In this document: positions 8,612-18,092 of the stretch, in pieces
Numbering within the stretch: position 1 is the stretch's first letter
Layout: every line of letters begins with the position of its first letter
From: Magnetococcales bacterium
GTDB taxonomy: Bacteria > Pseudomonadota > Magnetococcia > Magnetococcales > UBA8363
Reading direction: 5' to 3'
Length of the DNA: 64,000 nt
Assembly: GCA_002753515.1 (NCBI GenBank)
Contig: PEAK01000001.1
Coordinates: 110,138-174,137, forward strand
Position numbers and translations under genes: made by a program
Notes under the pieces: model-generated
Databases searched by the model: none
The model's input: only the letters and a program-made list of their open reading frames with translations
Told to the model about the DNA's origin: nothing

Positions 8612-11461
8612 GTGGATTACAAGGATACGGTATTTCTACCCCAGACCGGATTTGCCATGCGGGCCAACCTGCCGGCGCGGGAGCCGGACATGTTGCAACG
8701 GTGGCAGGAGATGGATCTTTATCAGCGGCTTCGACAGCAGGCGGCTGGCCGACCTACGTTCATTCTGCATGACGGTCCCCCCTATGCCAACGGCCATCTG
8801 CACATGGGGCACGCCATCAACAAGGTGCTGAAGGATATCATCGTCAAATCGCGGCAAATGATGGGGTTTGACGCCAACTATATCCCGGGTTGGGATTGCC
8901 ACGGATTGCCCATCGAAACCAAGGTGGAGCAAGAGTTGAAAGGGGAGGGGATCGCCAGGGATTCGGTGGATACCGTAACCTTTCGCCGGCGGTGTCGCGA
9001 CTATGCGCACCATTGGGTCGAGGTGCAGAAAAAAGAATTCGTCCGTCTCGGGGTGATCGGTCATTGGGACAAGCCCTATCGCACCATGGATTATGCCTTT
9101 GAGGCCGATATCGTTCGGGAATTGGGGAAATTTCTGGCCAATGGCGGGTTGTATAAAGGGTTGAAGCCGGTCTATTGGTGCGTCCATGACGTGACGGCAT
9201 TGGCGGAAGCGGAGGTGGAATACCAGGACCATACTTCCCAGGCGATATATGTTGCCTTTCAACTGGCGGCGGGAGTCTCTTTGGCGGATGTGGCACCGGA
9301 ACTTGAGGGTCGGTCAAACATTGCCGTGGTGATTTGGACGACGACAGCCTGGACTTTGCCCGCCAATCTGGCGGTGGCGGTGCATCCCCAGTTGATGTAC
9401 GTCGCATTGGAAATTTTGGATCCCTGCGGTCATGACAATCTGAAGCGGGGGGAGGTTGTCATCGTCGCCGAAGGATTGTGGGAGGGGGTGGTGGATGCCA
9501 TCGGTGTCGCGCGGGAACACGTGGCGGTATTGGCCCGCTTTCCCGGTGCCTCGTTGGAAGGGCGACGTTTCCGCCATCCCTGGCTCGATCAGGATGCCCC
9601 GATCGTTTTGGGTGATCATGTCACCTTGGAGGCGGGTTCGGGGTGTGTCCACATCGCCCCGGGTCATGGGCACGAAGATCATGATGTGGGTTTGCGCTAT
9701 GGTTTGCCCGTCTTCAACCCTGTGGATGATCGGGGGCGTTTTAAACCCGAGACGCCACTGTTCGCCGGAGAGTTTATCTTTGCCGCCAACGAACATATCA
9801 TCGACCATTTGCGACAGATTGGCGGTTTGTTGCAGCGTGCCCCCCTGCAACACAGTTATCCCCATTGTTGGCGCTGCCACAACCCGGTGATCATCCGTGC
9901 CACGCCCCAATGGTTCATTTCCATGGAGACGAACGATTTACGGCAGCGCGCCTTGCAGGCCATACGAGCCACCCGTTGGATACCCACCTGGGGTGAGGAT
10001 CGTATCTTCAACATGGTTCACAACCGTCCCGACTGGTGCGTCTCCCGGCAGCGGGCCTGGGGTGTTCCGATCACGGTGATCACCTGTGGCGGCTGCGGTG
10101 CCATGGTGACCACGCCTGAGGTGATTGCGACCATAGCGGCGGCGGTGGAGCAGGGGAGCGCCGATGTCTGGTTTGAAAAGAGTGCGGAAGAGTTCCTGCC
10201 CAAGGGATTCTCCTGCCCCAAGTGCGGTGGTCAAACCCTGCATAAAGAATCGGATATTCTCGATGTTTGGTTCGATTCGGGGGTGACCCAGGCGGCGGTG
10301 CTGGATAATCCGCGCCAGGACGCCTGGGGTCTTCGGTGGCCAGCGGATCTTTATCTGGAAGGATCGGACCAGCACCGTGGCTGGTTTCATTCCAGTCTGC
10401 TCGCCAGTGTGGGAACGCGTGGGGCAGCGCCCTACAAGGCGGTTTTGACCCACGGATTCGTGGTCGATGGTCGTGGGCGCAAAATGTCCAAATCATTGGG
10501 CAATGTGATCGCACCCGACAAGGTGATCAAACAATACGGCGCCGACATCCTGAGAATGTGGGTGAGCGCCGAAGATTATGCCGGTGATATTCGCATCTCC
10601 GACGAAATTCTCAAAGGGTTGGCCGATAGTTATCGACGTATTCGCAACACCATGCGTTACTTGTTGGGTAATCTCCACGGATTCTCTCCCGAAAGGCATG
10701 GCGTCTCTGTGGAGCAAATGGCCGAGCTGGATCGGTGGGCGCTGGACCGTCTGGCAGTGTTGATACAGCAAGTTAAAACGGCTTACAACGATTATGCATT
10801 TCACCGGGTTTACCAGGATTTGCATTATTTTTGCGCCGTGGATATGGGGGCCTTTTACCTGGATATCCTGAAAGATCGTTTGTATTGCGATGCTCCCGAT
10901 TCCGTGTCGCGGCGTTCGGCGCAAATGGTTTTATGGCACGTATTGCAGGCTCTGGTTCGTTTGATGGCACCGATCTTATCCTTTACCGCCGACGAAATCT
11001 GGCAACACATGGAGGAAAAAAAGGGCACATCGGTCCATCTGGAACCTTTCCCAGCCGATCATCCCGAATGGCGCAATGAGGAATTGGCGGAACGGTGGCG
11101 CAGGTTTCGCGAGGTGCGGACCGAGGTCTATCGCCTGTTGGAAGGTTTGCGCAATGATAAAGTGATCGGATCGTTCATGGAGGCTGGGGTGCGGTTCGTG
11201 GCCCATGGGGAATGGTTTGATTTCCTTAAATCTTTTAACGGACTGGCCAGATTGTTGCTCGTTGCCGGGGTTGAAATCGTCGTGCAGGATGATCCGGCAT
11301 CGCCCCGGGGTAACGGTTTGCAAGGGTTGCACGTGGAAGTGGCGCGCTCTGGCGGTTTGAAGTGTCAGCGGTGTTGGAATTGGGGTGATGATGTGATCGG
11401 GGAGGGTGGCCAAGAGTTGTGCCCCCGTTGTGCCCAGGTGATTCAAGGGTTGACTTCATGA
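8612..11461 (+). CDS. ileS: Isoleucine--tRNA ligase
   Basis: 949 aa with a GTG start. HIGH motif (PPYANGHLHMGHA), KMSKS motif (KMSKSLGN), and a C-terminal Zn finger (CQRCWNW...CPRC). Confidence 0.96.
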   Translation: MDYKDTVFLPQTGFAMRANLPAREPDMLQRWQEMDLYQRLRQQAAGRPTFILHDGPPYANGHLHMGHAINKVLKDIIVKSRQMMGFDANYIPGWDCHGLPIETKVEQELKGEGIARDSVDTVTFRRRCRDYAHHWVEVQKKEFVRLGVIGHWDKPYRTMDYAFEADIVRELGKFLANGGLYKGLKPVYWCVHDVTALAEAEVEYQDHTSQAIYVAFQLAAGVSLADVAPELEGRSNIAVVIWTTTAWTLPANLAVAVHPQLMYVALEILDPCGHDNLKRGEVVIVAEGLWEGVVDAIGVAREHVAVLARFPGASLEGRRFRHPWLDQDAPIVLGDHVTLEAGSGCVHIAPGHGHEDHDVGLRYGLPVFNPVDDRGRFKPETPLFAGEFIFAANEHIIDHLRQIGGLLQRAPLQHSYPHCWRCHNPVIIRATPQWFISMETNDLRQRALQAIRATRWIPTWGEDRIFNMVHNRPDWCVSRQRAWGVPITVITCGGCGAMVTTPEVIATIAAAVEQGSADVWFEKSAEEFLPKGFSCPKCGGQTLHKESDILDVWFDSGVTQAAVLDNPRQDAWGLRWPADLYLEGSDQHRGWFHSSLLASVGTRGAAPYKAVLTHGFVVDGRGRKMSKSLGNVIAPDKVIKQYGADILRMWVSAEDYAGDIRISDEILKGLADSYRRIRNTMRYLLGNLHGFSPERHGVSVEQMAELDRWALDRLAVLIQQVKTAYNDYAFHRVYQDLHYFCAVDMGAFYLDILKDRLYCDAPDSVSRRSAQMVLWHVLQALVRLMAPILSFTADEIWQHMEEKKGTSVHLEPFPADHPEWRNEELAERWRRFREVRTEVYRLLEGLRNDKVIGSFMEAGVRFVAHGEWFDFLKSFNGLARLLLVAGVEIVVQDDPASPRGNGLQGLHVEVARSGGLKCQRCWNWGDDVIGEGGQELCPRCAQVIQGLTS

Positions 11462-11961
11462 TCTCCTGGGGCCGTAGCAAAAAAGGACTTTTTATCGGTA
11501 TCCCTCTGGCATTCGGGGTGCTGGTGTTGGATCAATGGTCCAAGTGGGTGGCGGTGCAACAACTGGCCTTTGGTCGGCGTGTTCTTGTGTGGGAGAATTT
11601 TTTCGATCTGGTTTTGGTCCATAACGTTGGTGCTGCTTTTGGCATGTTTCAAAACATGACCCCTTTGTGGCGGCACCTGATCCTTGGCGGGGTGGCTGTA
11701 ACAGCGGTGGTGGTCATTGTCGTCGCCCTCGGACGTACGGTAAATGGTTTGCTCATCGCCGGCATGGCCTTCATCCTGGGCGGGGCCTTGGGTAACCTTA
11801 TGGACCGGATTCGTCTGGGAAAGGTGGTCGATTTCATTTATGTCCATTGGTACGATTACTCCTTTCCGGTGTTCAACCTGGCGGATAGTGCCATATCGGT
11901 GGGGGTGGGTATGCTTCTCTTGGACTATTTTCTGAACCCTGAAGATAAGGAGGCGGCATGA
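11458..11961 (+). CDS. lspA: Lipoprotein signal peptidase II
   Basis: ATG 11458 overlaps the ileS stop (ATGA). Four TM segments. Motifs: HNVGAAFG and VFNLADSAISVG. Confidence 0.88.
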   Translation: MISWGRSKKGLFIGIPLAFGVLVLDQWSKWVAVQQLAFGRRVLVWENFFDLVLVHNVGAAFGMFQNMTPLWRHLILGGVAVTAVVVIVVALGRTVNGLLIAGMAFILGGALGNLMDRIRLGKVVDFIYVHWYDYSFPVFNLADSAISVGVGMLLLDYFLNPEDKEAA

Positions 11962-12356
11962 TTAGCGACCGATTGCTTCTGACGTTCGTGGTTGGATGTG
12001 GGTTGTTGAGCGGGTGTTCAAGTACCATTGCTTTGCCGTGGGAAAAGGATAACCTGGATCCAAGTCGGGTTGCTACTCGGGAACCATTGGAAATTCCACC
12101 TGATTTAAGCGAATTGCCCAATCCGGATGCCAAAAATGTCAAGCAGGACTCGGAACGGGCGGCGGATGCTTGGGTCAATCCCGATGCGGTTGGAAAAAAG
12201 GGGGGGGGGAAACCAGGGGGCAATGCCGCGAGGGAAGGGGGCGATCCCAAACTGCCTTTCTCCATCCCGAAGGTCCACCAGGACAATGAAGGTCTCTCCC
12301 GCAATGAAAAAGAAAATTTGCCAGGTTGGATGGAAGCGCCCGTCAAGGTGCGTTGA
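11958..12356 (+). CDS. Pro/Gly-rich lipoprotein of unknown function
   Basis: ATGA overlap with the lspA stop. Lipobox: VVGCGLLSGCSS. The lspA-lipoprotein-M16-M16 order matches a synteny I recall from Alphaproteobacteria, where the lipoprotein is annotated DUF3035-type; this is unverified. The gene contains an A6G10 homopolymer. Confidence 0.55.
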   Translation: MISDRLLLTFVVGCGLLSGCSSTIALPWEKDNLDPSRVATREPLEIPPDLSELPNPDAKNVKQDSERAADAWVNPDAVGKKGGGKPGGNAAREGGDPKLPFSIPKVHQDNEGLSRNEKENLPGWMEAPVKVR

Positions 12357-13683
12357 TGGTTTGACCGCACGCTTTATCGGTGTTCTCTTCCCCCTTCTCC
12401 TGCTCTGGGGGGGGGATGCACGGGCCTTGGAGGCTGAGGATTGGGTGTTGGATAACGGCTTGCGCGTTATCCTGGTCAACGAAGCCAAAGCCCCGGTGGT
12501 GGTGACCCAGGTGTGGTATCAGGTGGGGGGCATCGACGAAAAAGAAGGCAAAACCGGGCTGTCCCACATGCTGGAACACATGATGTTCCGCGGTACTCAG
12601 AACGTGCCAGCGGGTGAGTACAGCCGCATTATCGCCCGCAATGGCGGCGAGGACAATGCCTCCACATCCTGGGATTATACCGATTATTGGTCCAAGCTTT
12701 CTTCCGATCAACTGGATCTCGCCCTTAAACTGGAGGCGGATCGCATGCACAACCTGGTTTTAGACCCCGAAAAATTTCGTTCGGAAAACCTGGTGGTGCG
12801 TGAGGAGCGTCGCACCCGCTTTGAATCGAATCCCCAGGGACGTTTCTTTGAAAAATTCAAGCAACATCTCTTCCAGGATCATCCCTACGGTCGGTCCGTC
12901 ATCGGCTCGATGCGGGATATCGTAAACTATACGGTACAGGATCTGGAGGCTTGGTATCACACCCACTATACCCCGGATAATGCCGTTTTGCTGGTTGTCG
13001 GGGATGTGGATTTCGTTCGCGCCAGGGCATTGATCCAACGCTATTTCGGGGCGCTGCCATCGGGTGGCGTGAATAAAAGGGTACGGTTACCGAAGGATCA
13101 GAATGTGGTTGGGGGGCGTCGCCTGATGGAGCAGGACAAAGAGGCGATGGGATCGGTTTTGCATGTGGCCTGGTTGGTTCCATCCCTCACCTTTGGCCGT
13201 ACCGAGGACGTTTATCCTTTGGACGTATTGGCGGCAGTACTGGGTGGGGGGGGATCGGGCCGGTTGTATCGCCGAATTGTCGTGGAACAAAAAAAGGCGG
13301 TCTCGGTGCAGACGCAGTATGGGGGGACATCCTTGGGTCCGGAATCCTTTGAAATTTCTCTTGAGCCCCGTGATGGTCTGCCCGTGGCGGAATTGGAAGG
13401 GGCGGTTCTGTCGGAACTGGGTGCCATGATGGATGAAGTGGTCAGCGAATTGGAGTTGCAGCGGGCCAAGAATGGCCTATTGGCGGATCGGATTTATGCC
13501 ATGGATTCCGTTGACCATTTGGCTGGAATGATTGGCCGATTGGCGATCAACGGTCTCGATTGGCGGGCGGTTGTGGAACACTACCCGGAAAAGGTCCAGG
13601 AGGTGACCGGCTTGCAGATTCGTGATGTCATGCGGCGCTACCTGTCTCGGGAAAAAGCAGTTGTGGGGGTTTTAATGCCATGA
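12304..13683 (+). CDS. M16 (pitrilysin-family) zinc peptidase, active subunit
   Basis: HxxEH zinc motif (HMLEHMMFRG) plus the downstream E (ENASTS). Signal-like segment FIGVLFPLLLLWGGDARA. The start is uncertain: ATG 12304, ATG 12286 or TTG 12361. The 12127 start in the ORF track is very unlikely. Confidence 0.82.
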   Translation: MKKKICQVGWKRPSRCVDGLTARFIGVLFPLLLLWGGDARALEAEDWVLDNGLRVILVNEAKAPVVVTQVWYQVGGIDEKEGKTGLSHMLEHMMFRGTQNVPAGEYSRIIARNGGEDNASTSWDYTDYWSKLSSDQLDLALKLEADRMHNLVLDPEKFRSENLVVREERRTRFESNPQGRFFEKFKQHLFQDHPYGRSVIGSMRDIVNYTVQDLEAWYHTHYTPDNAVLLVVGDVDFVRARALIQRYFGALPSGGVNKRVRLPKDQNVVGGRRLMEQDKEAMGSVLHVAWLVPSLTFGRTEDVYPLDVLAAVLGGGGSGRLYRRIVVEQKKAVSVQTQYGGTSLGPESFEISLEPRDGLPVAELEGAVLSELGAMMDEVVSELELQRAKNGLLADRIYAMDSVDHLAGMIGRLAINGLDWRAVVEHYPEKVQEVTGLQIRDVMRRYLSREKAVVGVLMP

Positions 13684-15038
13684 AATGGTGGATCATTGTG
13701 GGGATGGCATGGCTGATGGGTTGGGCTCCGATTTCCGAGTCTGCGGCATTGACCGAGGCGCGTTTTTTCCAGACCAGGAATGGTATTCGGGTTTACCTGT
13801 TGGAAAATCATGCCCATCCCATGGTGGAAATGCGCTTGTTAACCCGGGGTGGATCCGTTTTTGATCCCGTGGGTAAAGAGGGTGTGGCCTTCATGACCGC
13901 CTGGATGTTCAATGAGGGCGCGGGGGATATGGACGCAGAGTCGTTTCGTGATCGACTCGATTATTTTGGCATTGTCATGAACGGTGATGCTAAAAGGGAT
14001 ACCCTGGAGGTCAGCCTGACAACGCTGGCGGGGCACGTCGAGGAAGCCGTACGTTTGCTGGCATTGCGGCTGACCCAGCCGCGTTTCGCGACCCATGATT
14101 TTGAACGTGGGCTCCAGGAGACTATTGTTAATCTGAAACAAAATCAGGAACATGCCAGTTGGCGTGCCGCAATGCGGCTGTACGATCTGATGTATCGGGG
14201 GCATCCATACAGCCACCCCCCATCGGGTACATTGGCGGGCATGGCGCGGGTCACACGCAATGATGTCAGACAGTTTCATGTCAAAAGTTTCCGGGCACCA
14301 CAAATGGTCTTGGCAGTGGCCGGGGACGTGACTGAGGAGACGCTGAAAACCATTTTGGAACGCTACCTGGGGGATGTGGATCCCCGCCCAACGCCGCATG
14401 GGGCGATTCCCCGGGTGTCGTCGGAGGGTCCGGGAAAAGTGGTTACGATCCCCATGACAATTCTCCAGACCGCCATTGAGATGGGGGTGGTCGCCATGGA
14501 CCGGGAGGACCCGGATTATTATCCCATGGTGGTGATGACGCAAGTCTTTGGTGGCCCGGGATTGACCAGTCGTTTACATGAAGAGATTCGCGAAAAACGG
14601 GGTTTGACCTATGGGGTCCACGCCACTTTCATGCCATTGGAAGCACGGGGACCTTTTGTGATCTCCATGAAAACCAAAACCGAATCGTCTACGGAAGCAA
14701 TCAGGTTGATCCGCAAGGAGATGACCCGTCTGGTCGAGGACGGCATCGGAGATGAAGAATTGGCTGATGTGAAGCGCTATCTGACCGGATCGTTCGCCCT
14801 TAACTTCGACACCCTGAAAAAGCAGGCATCCATCTGGGGTGCCATTGGTTATTATCGTCGGGGGCTGGACTATGTGCGTCGCTGGCCCGAGCGTATTCGC
14901 GGGGTGAGTGCTGCGGATGTCCAGCGGGTAGCCCGGCGTATCCTGGATCCAAAAAGTTATTTTTGTGTCACAGCAGGCAAACCTGTCAGCAGTGACAAAC
15001 ATGCGCCTTCAAGTTCGTTGCATCAGGAAACGAAATAG
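13680..15038 (+). CDS. M16-family peptidase, non-catalytic partner subunit
   Basis: 452 aa with an ATGA overlap to the preceding M16 gene. M16-type fold strings are present, but the HxxEH position reads AFMTAWMFNEG, so there is no zinc motif. Confidence 0.8.
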   Translation: MKWWIIVGMAWLMGWAPISESAALTEARFFQTRNGIRVYLLENHAHPMVEMRLLTRGGSVFDPVGKEGVAFMTAWMFNEGAGDMDAESFRDRLDYFGIVMNGDAKRDTLEVSLTTLAGHVEEAVRLLALRLTQPRFATHDFERGLQETIVNLKQNQEHASWRAAMRLYDLMYRGHPYSHPPSGTLAGMARVTRNDVRQFHVKSFRAPQMVLAVAGDVTEETLKTILERYLGDVDPRPTPHGAIPRVSSEGPGKVVTIPMTILQTAIEMGVVAMDREDPDYYPMVVMTQVFGGPGLTSRLHEEIREKRGLTYGVHATFMPLEARGPFVISMKTKTESSTEAIRLIRKEMTRLVEDGIGDEELADVKRYLTGSFALNFDTLKKQASIWGAIGYYRRGLDYVRRWPERIRGVSAADVQRVARRILDPKSYFCVTAGKPVSSDKHAPSSSLHQETK

Positions 15039-15070
15039 CCGAATCCGGTCATTTTATTGCGCTGCAAGTC

Positions 15071-15111
15071 AAAATGATCGTGGGATTACAATTCTATCCC
15101 ACGATCATTTT
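15071..15111. terminator. Bidirectional intrinsic terminator between the convergent M16 and flagellin genes
   Basis: Perfect 16-bp stem AAAATGATCGTGGGAT (15071-15086) / ATCCCACGATCATTTT (15096-15111) with a 9-nt loop. A/T runs at both stem ends give a U-tract in either direction. Confidence 0.75.
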
Positions 15112-15120
15112 GAGAATATT

Positions 15121-15966
15121 TTACGGATTTCTCAGGAGTTGGAGCAACGTTTGCGGCTGGAGATTGGCCTGAGCCAGCACAGCAATGCCCGCCTGTTGCA
15201 GGATGTTGTTGCGCGTTAAATTAGCGGTTTCCGAGGCAACATTGGCATCCATGATCGACGATTTGGCTGACGTGTAAGCGTCAGACATGCCATTGATTTG
15301 GTTGATGATGGACAAAAACCGGGTCTGCGCCCCACCCAGAGTTGCGCGTATGGACGAGACGCTGTCCAGCGCACTATCAACGAGCAGGATGGTTTTACTG
15401 GCATAAGTGGGTGCAGCGGCACCGCTGACCACAGCGGATGTTCCATTTGTGCCAAGCCCGAGCGTTCCCACACTGGCACCCTTGACGGTCATGAGCAGGG
15501 TGTTGCCTTGGTCGGGGCCAATTTGAAAAGAAAAATATCTCGTTGTCGAGCTGATAATCGTGTAGCCATTGAACTTGGTGGTGCTGGCGAGACGATTGAT
15601 TTCCGAGATCATCAGATTGACCTCGGTCTGCATGGAGGCGCGATCTCCTGAGCTGGCCGTTGAACTTTTAGCGGCCACGGCCAAGTCGCGAATCCTTTGC
15701 AGGGAGTTGACGGTTTCAGACAAAGCTGTATCGGCTATCTGCGTCAGTGAAATTCCATCATTTACATTTTTTGAAGCTTGAGCCAGACCTCCGATTTTGG
15801 CGGTCATACGTGCGGCTATGCCGATTCCTGACGGATCATCACCAGCAGAGTTGACACGCAGTCCCGTTGACAGGCGCAGGTAGCTTTGACCTAAGGCTTG
15901 GCTGGTTTTGTTGATACCGCGCTGTACTGCCAGGGAAATAATATTTGAGGCAAGGGTGAGTGGCAT
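15121..15966 (-). CDS. Flagellin
   Basis: The start was trimmed to ATG 15966. N-terminus MPLTLASNIISLAVQRGINKTSQALGQSYLRLSTGLRVNSAGDDPSG and C-terminus ETANLTRNNILQQAGIAVLAQANLQPQTLLQLL are the conserved flagellin D0/D1 ends. 281 aa. Confidence 0.92.
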   Translation of the reverse strand: MPLTLASNIISLAVQRGINKTSQALGQSYLRLSTGLRVNSAGDDPSGIGIAARMTAKIGGLAQASKNVNDGISLTQIADTALSETVNSLQRIRDLAVAAKSSTASSGDRASMQTEVNLMISEINRLASTTKFNGYTIISSTTRYFSFQIGPDQGNTLLMTVKGASVGTLGLGTNGTSAVVSGAAAPTYASKTILLVDSALDSVSSIRATLGGAQTRFLSIINQINGMSDAYTSAKSSIMDANVASETANLTRNNILQQAGIAVLAQANLQPQTLLQLLRNP

Positions 15967-16716
15967 GGGCCGGTTCCTCTCTCGACCTGGACCCCAGTAC
16001 GGTAGGCACGGACGCTCGGCCACCCCCTGGAGGGCCAAGTTTATTTTTATTTAAACCGTCAGATCATGCCGCTTTTGTGAGTCTGTTCGCCAAGGACCAT
16101 TTAAGGATAATCGGGTTGTTCAAGTCAAGACATTTTTTTTCCAAAATAAAAATCAACCAATTTAAGTCGAAGTTGGTTGATTGATTCGATGGTTGGTTGA
16201 TTTTTTGTTGGATATTGCAGGATGATTGACTGCGCGTGTTTGCAATAAGTAATTATAAATCAATATTCTATGAAAATATTGTTTGTGTTGGAATTCGATA
16301 ATACAGAGTTGATTTTGTTCTCATGTTTCATTGCGGAATGGACGATAGAACCCTCAGGACGCCATGACCGCCAAAGTTTGTTCTACCGCCAAAGAGTGTA
16401 TTTTTACGTATTTCTGCCCTTGCCCGCTCCATGGAAAACGACATGGAAGGGTGGTGATTGCTGATGCCTTTGCTAAGTGGAGGATTGCTATCGAATTGAC
16501 CTGCTACCAACCTTTCAGGTTTCTTTGCCTCGCTTTAGGAGGAGAAGACACCGTGATGCGCCCGCTGTTGGAACCGGATGCCAACTGCGGGCGCATGGTG
16601 CTGACGTGTAGATGGACGTAATACCCGAATAGACTCATGGATCCCGATAATTGGCGCGGGTTATGCATAACCTTGTTGGTCGGTTTGTTCCGTTCCGGTC
16701 GGTTAAGGAAGATCCT

Positions 16717-17853
16717 ATGTCGTCTGTCATGGGGAGGCGTCCCATCATTTTGGTCGTGGACGACACACCTGAAAATATCGATGTCCTGAAAGGGGCGTTG
16801 ATTCAGGAGTATACCGTTCGACCAGCCCCCAACGGTCAGATCGCCCTCAAAGCGGCTTTGGTTCCGCCGTATCCCGATTTGGTCCTCTTGGATATCATGA
16901 TGCCCGGAATGGATGGGTATGAAGTCTGTCGGCGGCTGAAAGCTAACAAAGAAACCAGTGATATTCCCGTCATTTTTGTTACCGCCAGGTCTGAGGAGGC
17001 GGACGAAATAGAGGGACTGAAACTCGGGGCCGTCGATTATATCACCAAGCCGTTCAGTATTCCCATCGTCCAGGCGCGGATCAAAACGCACCTGGAAATG
17101 CGATTCATGTCCAGGGCTCTGAAAAAAAACAATCAAGACCTGATGTATGAACGCGAATTGATAGAAAATATCATCATCAAAATGCGCGGCGCGGATGCGT
17201 TGGATGAACGGTTCCTGCGACACCTCATCGCCCCGGTGGAACAGACCGCCGGTGATATGCTTTTGTCTGTCTTTACGCCACAGGGACGACAGTTGGTCTT
17301 GCTGGGGGATTTTACGGGTCATGGTCTGCCAGCGGCCATCGGTGGCCCGTTGGTCACCTACATTTTACACGAGCAAGCCGCCCGAGAAGTCTCTGGGCTG
17401 GCCATCATCTCTATGATCAATGCCCAACTTTTTAACCGACTCCCCACAGGGATTTTCTTTGCGGCTTTATTGTTGGAAATTTCGGCAACACGTCAGAAAG
17501 TTACTTTGTGGAATGCGGCGATTCCCGAAGCTTTGCTGTTTCGAAGGGGGCAGGTGGTGGGCCGGTTTCCATCCCTGATGCCGCCTTTGGGGGTAACGAT
17601 TTCGTTGAATATTGCCGATGCAGAAACTGTCCATAGCTTGGAGCCGGGCGACCGTTTGTATGTTTATTCCGATGGTATTACCGAGGCTAAGGGCAGTCAC
17701 CAGGAGATGTTCGGTGGCGAAAGATTGGAGGCGTTCTTGAAGTCAGCGGCGATCGAAGAGGCCCCCCTGGAAGGGTTGCTCAAGCAGCTTGCGCTTCATA
17801 CCGGCTCCGACATTCAAAGTGATGATATCACCCTGGTCGAGATACGGGTTTGA
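16717..17853 (+). CDS. Response regulator fused to a PP2C/SpoIIE-type phosphatase
   Basis: ATG 16717 is preceded by AAGGAAG. Receiver: ILVVDDTPENI...LLDIMMPGMDGYEV...KP. The C-terminal half carries GDFTGHG...YVYSDGITEA...DDITLV, typical of RsbU/SpoIIE phosphatases. Confidence 0.85.
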   Translation: MSSVMGRRPIILVVDDTPENIDVLKGALIQEYTVRPAPNGQIALKAALVPPYPDLVLLDIMMPGMDGYEVCRRLKANKETSDIPVIFVTARSEEADEIEGLKLGAVDYITKPFSIPIVQARIKTHLEMRFMSRALKKNNQDLMYERELIENIIIKMRGADALDERFLRHLIAPVEQTAGDMLLSVFTPQGRQLVLLGDFTGHGLPAAIGGPLVTYILHEQAAREVSGLAIISMINAQLFNRLPTGIFFAALLLEISATRQKVTLWNAAIPEALLFRRGQVVGRFPSLMPPLGVTISLNIADAETVHSLEPGDRLYVYSDGITEAKGSHQEMFGGERLEAFLKSAAIEEAPLEGLLKQLALHTGSDIQSDDITLVEIRV

Positions 17854-17897
17854 TCCCTTGAAGCAGTACTGGCATGGTTGAAGTGTGTTGCCAATCA

Positions 17898-17982
17898 TGG
17901 TGCGAAAGGGGGGATTTGAACCCCCACGCCCGAAGGCACTGGATCCTAAGTCCAGGGCGTCTGCCAGTTCCGCCACTTTCGC
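17898..17982 (-). tRNA. tRNA-Leu (anticodon UAG)
   Basis: The reverse complement reads GCGAAAGTGGCGGAACTGGCAGACGCCCTGGACTTAGGATCCAGTGCCTTCGGGCGTGGGGGTTCAAATCCCCCCTTTCGCACCA (85 nt). The 7-bp acceptor stem pairs. The anticodon stem is CTGGA/TCCAG with loop CUUAGGA. It has a long variable arm, a GGTTCAAATCC T-arm and an encoded CCA. Confidence 0.92.
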
Positions 17983-18092
17983 GTTGATACTCCGGCTTGC
18001 TTGGTCCGATTCTGCCACCGCCGTATTGGCCAGGGCCATGAAAAAAATGATCACCAGTCACTTTGAAAGCCGAGTGTTGCCGGGCAAGGGGG

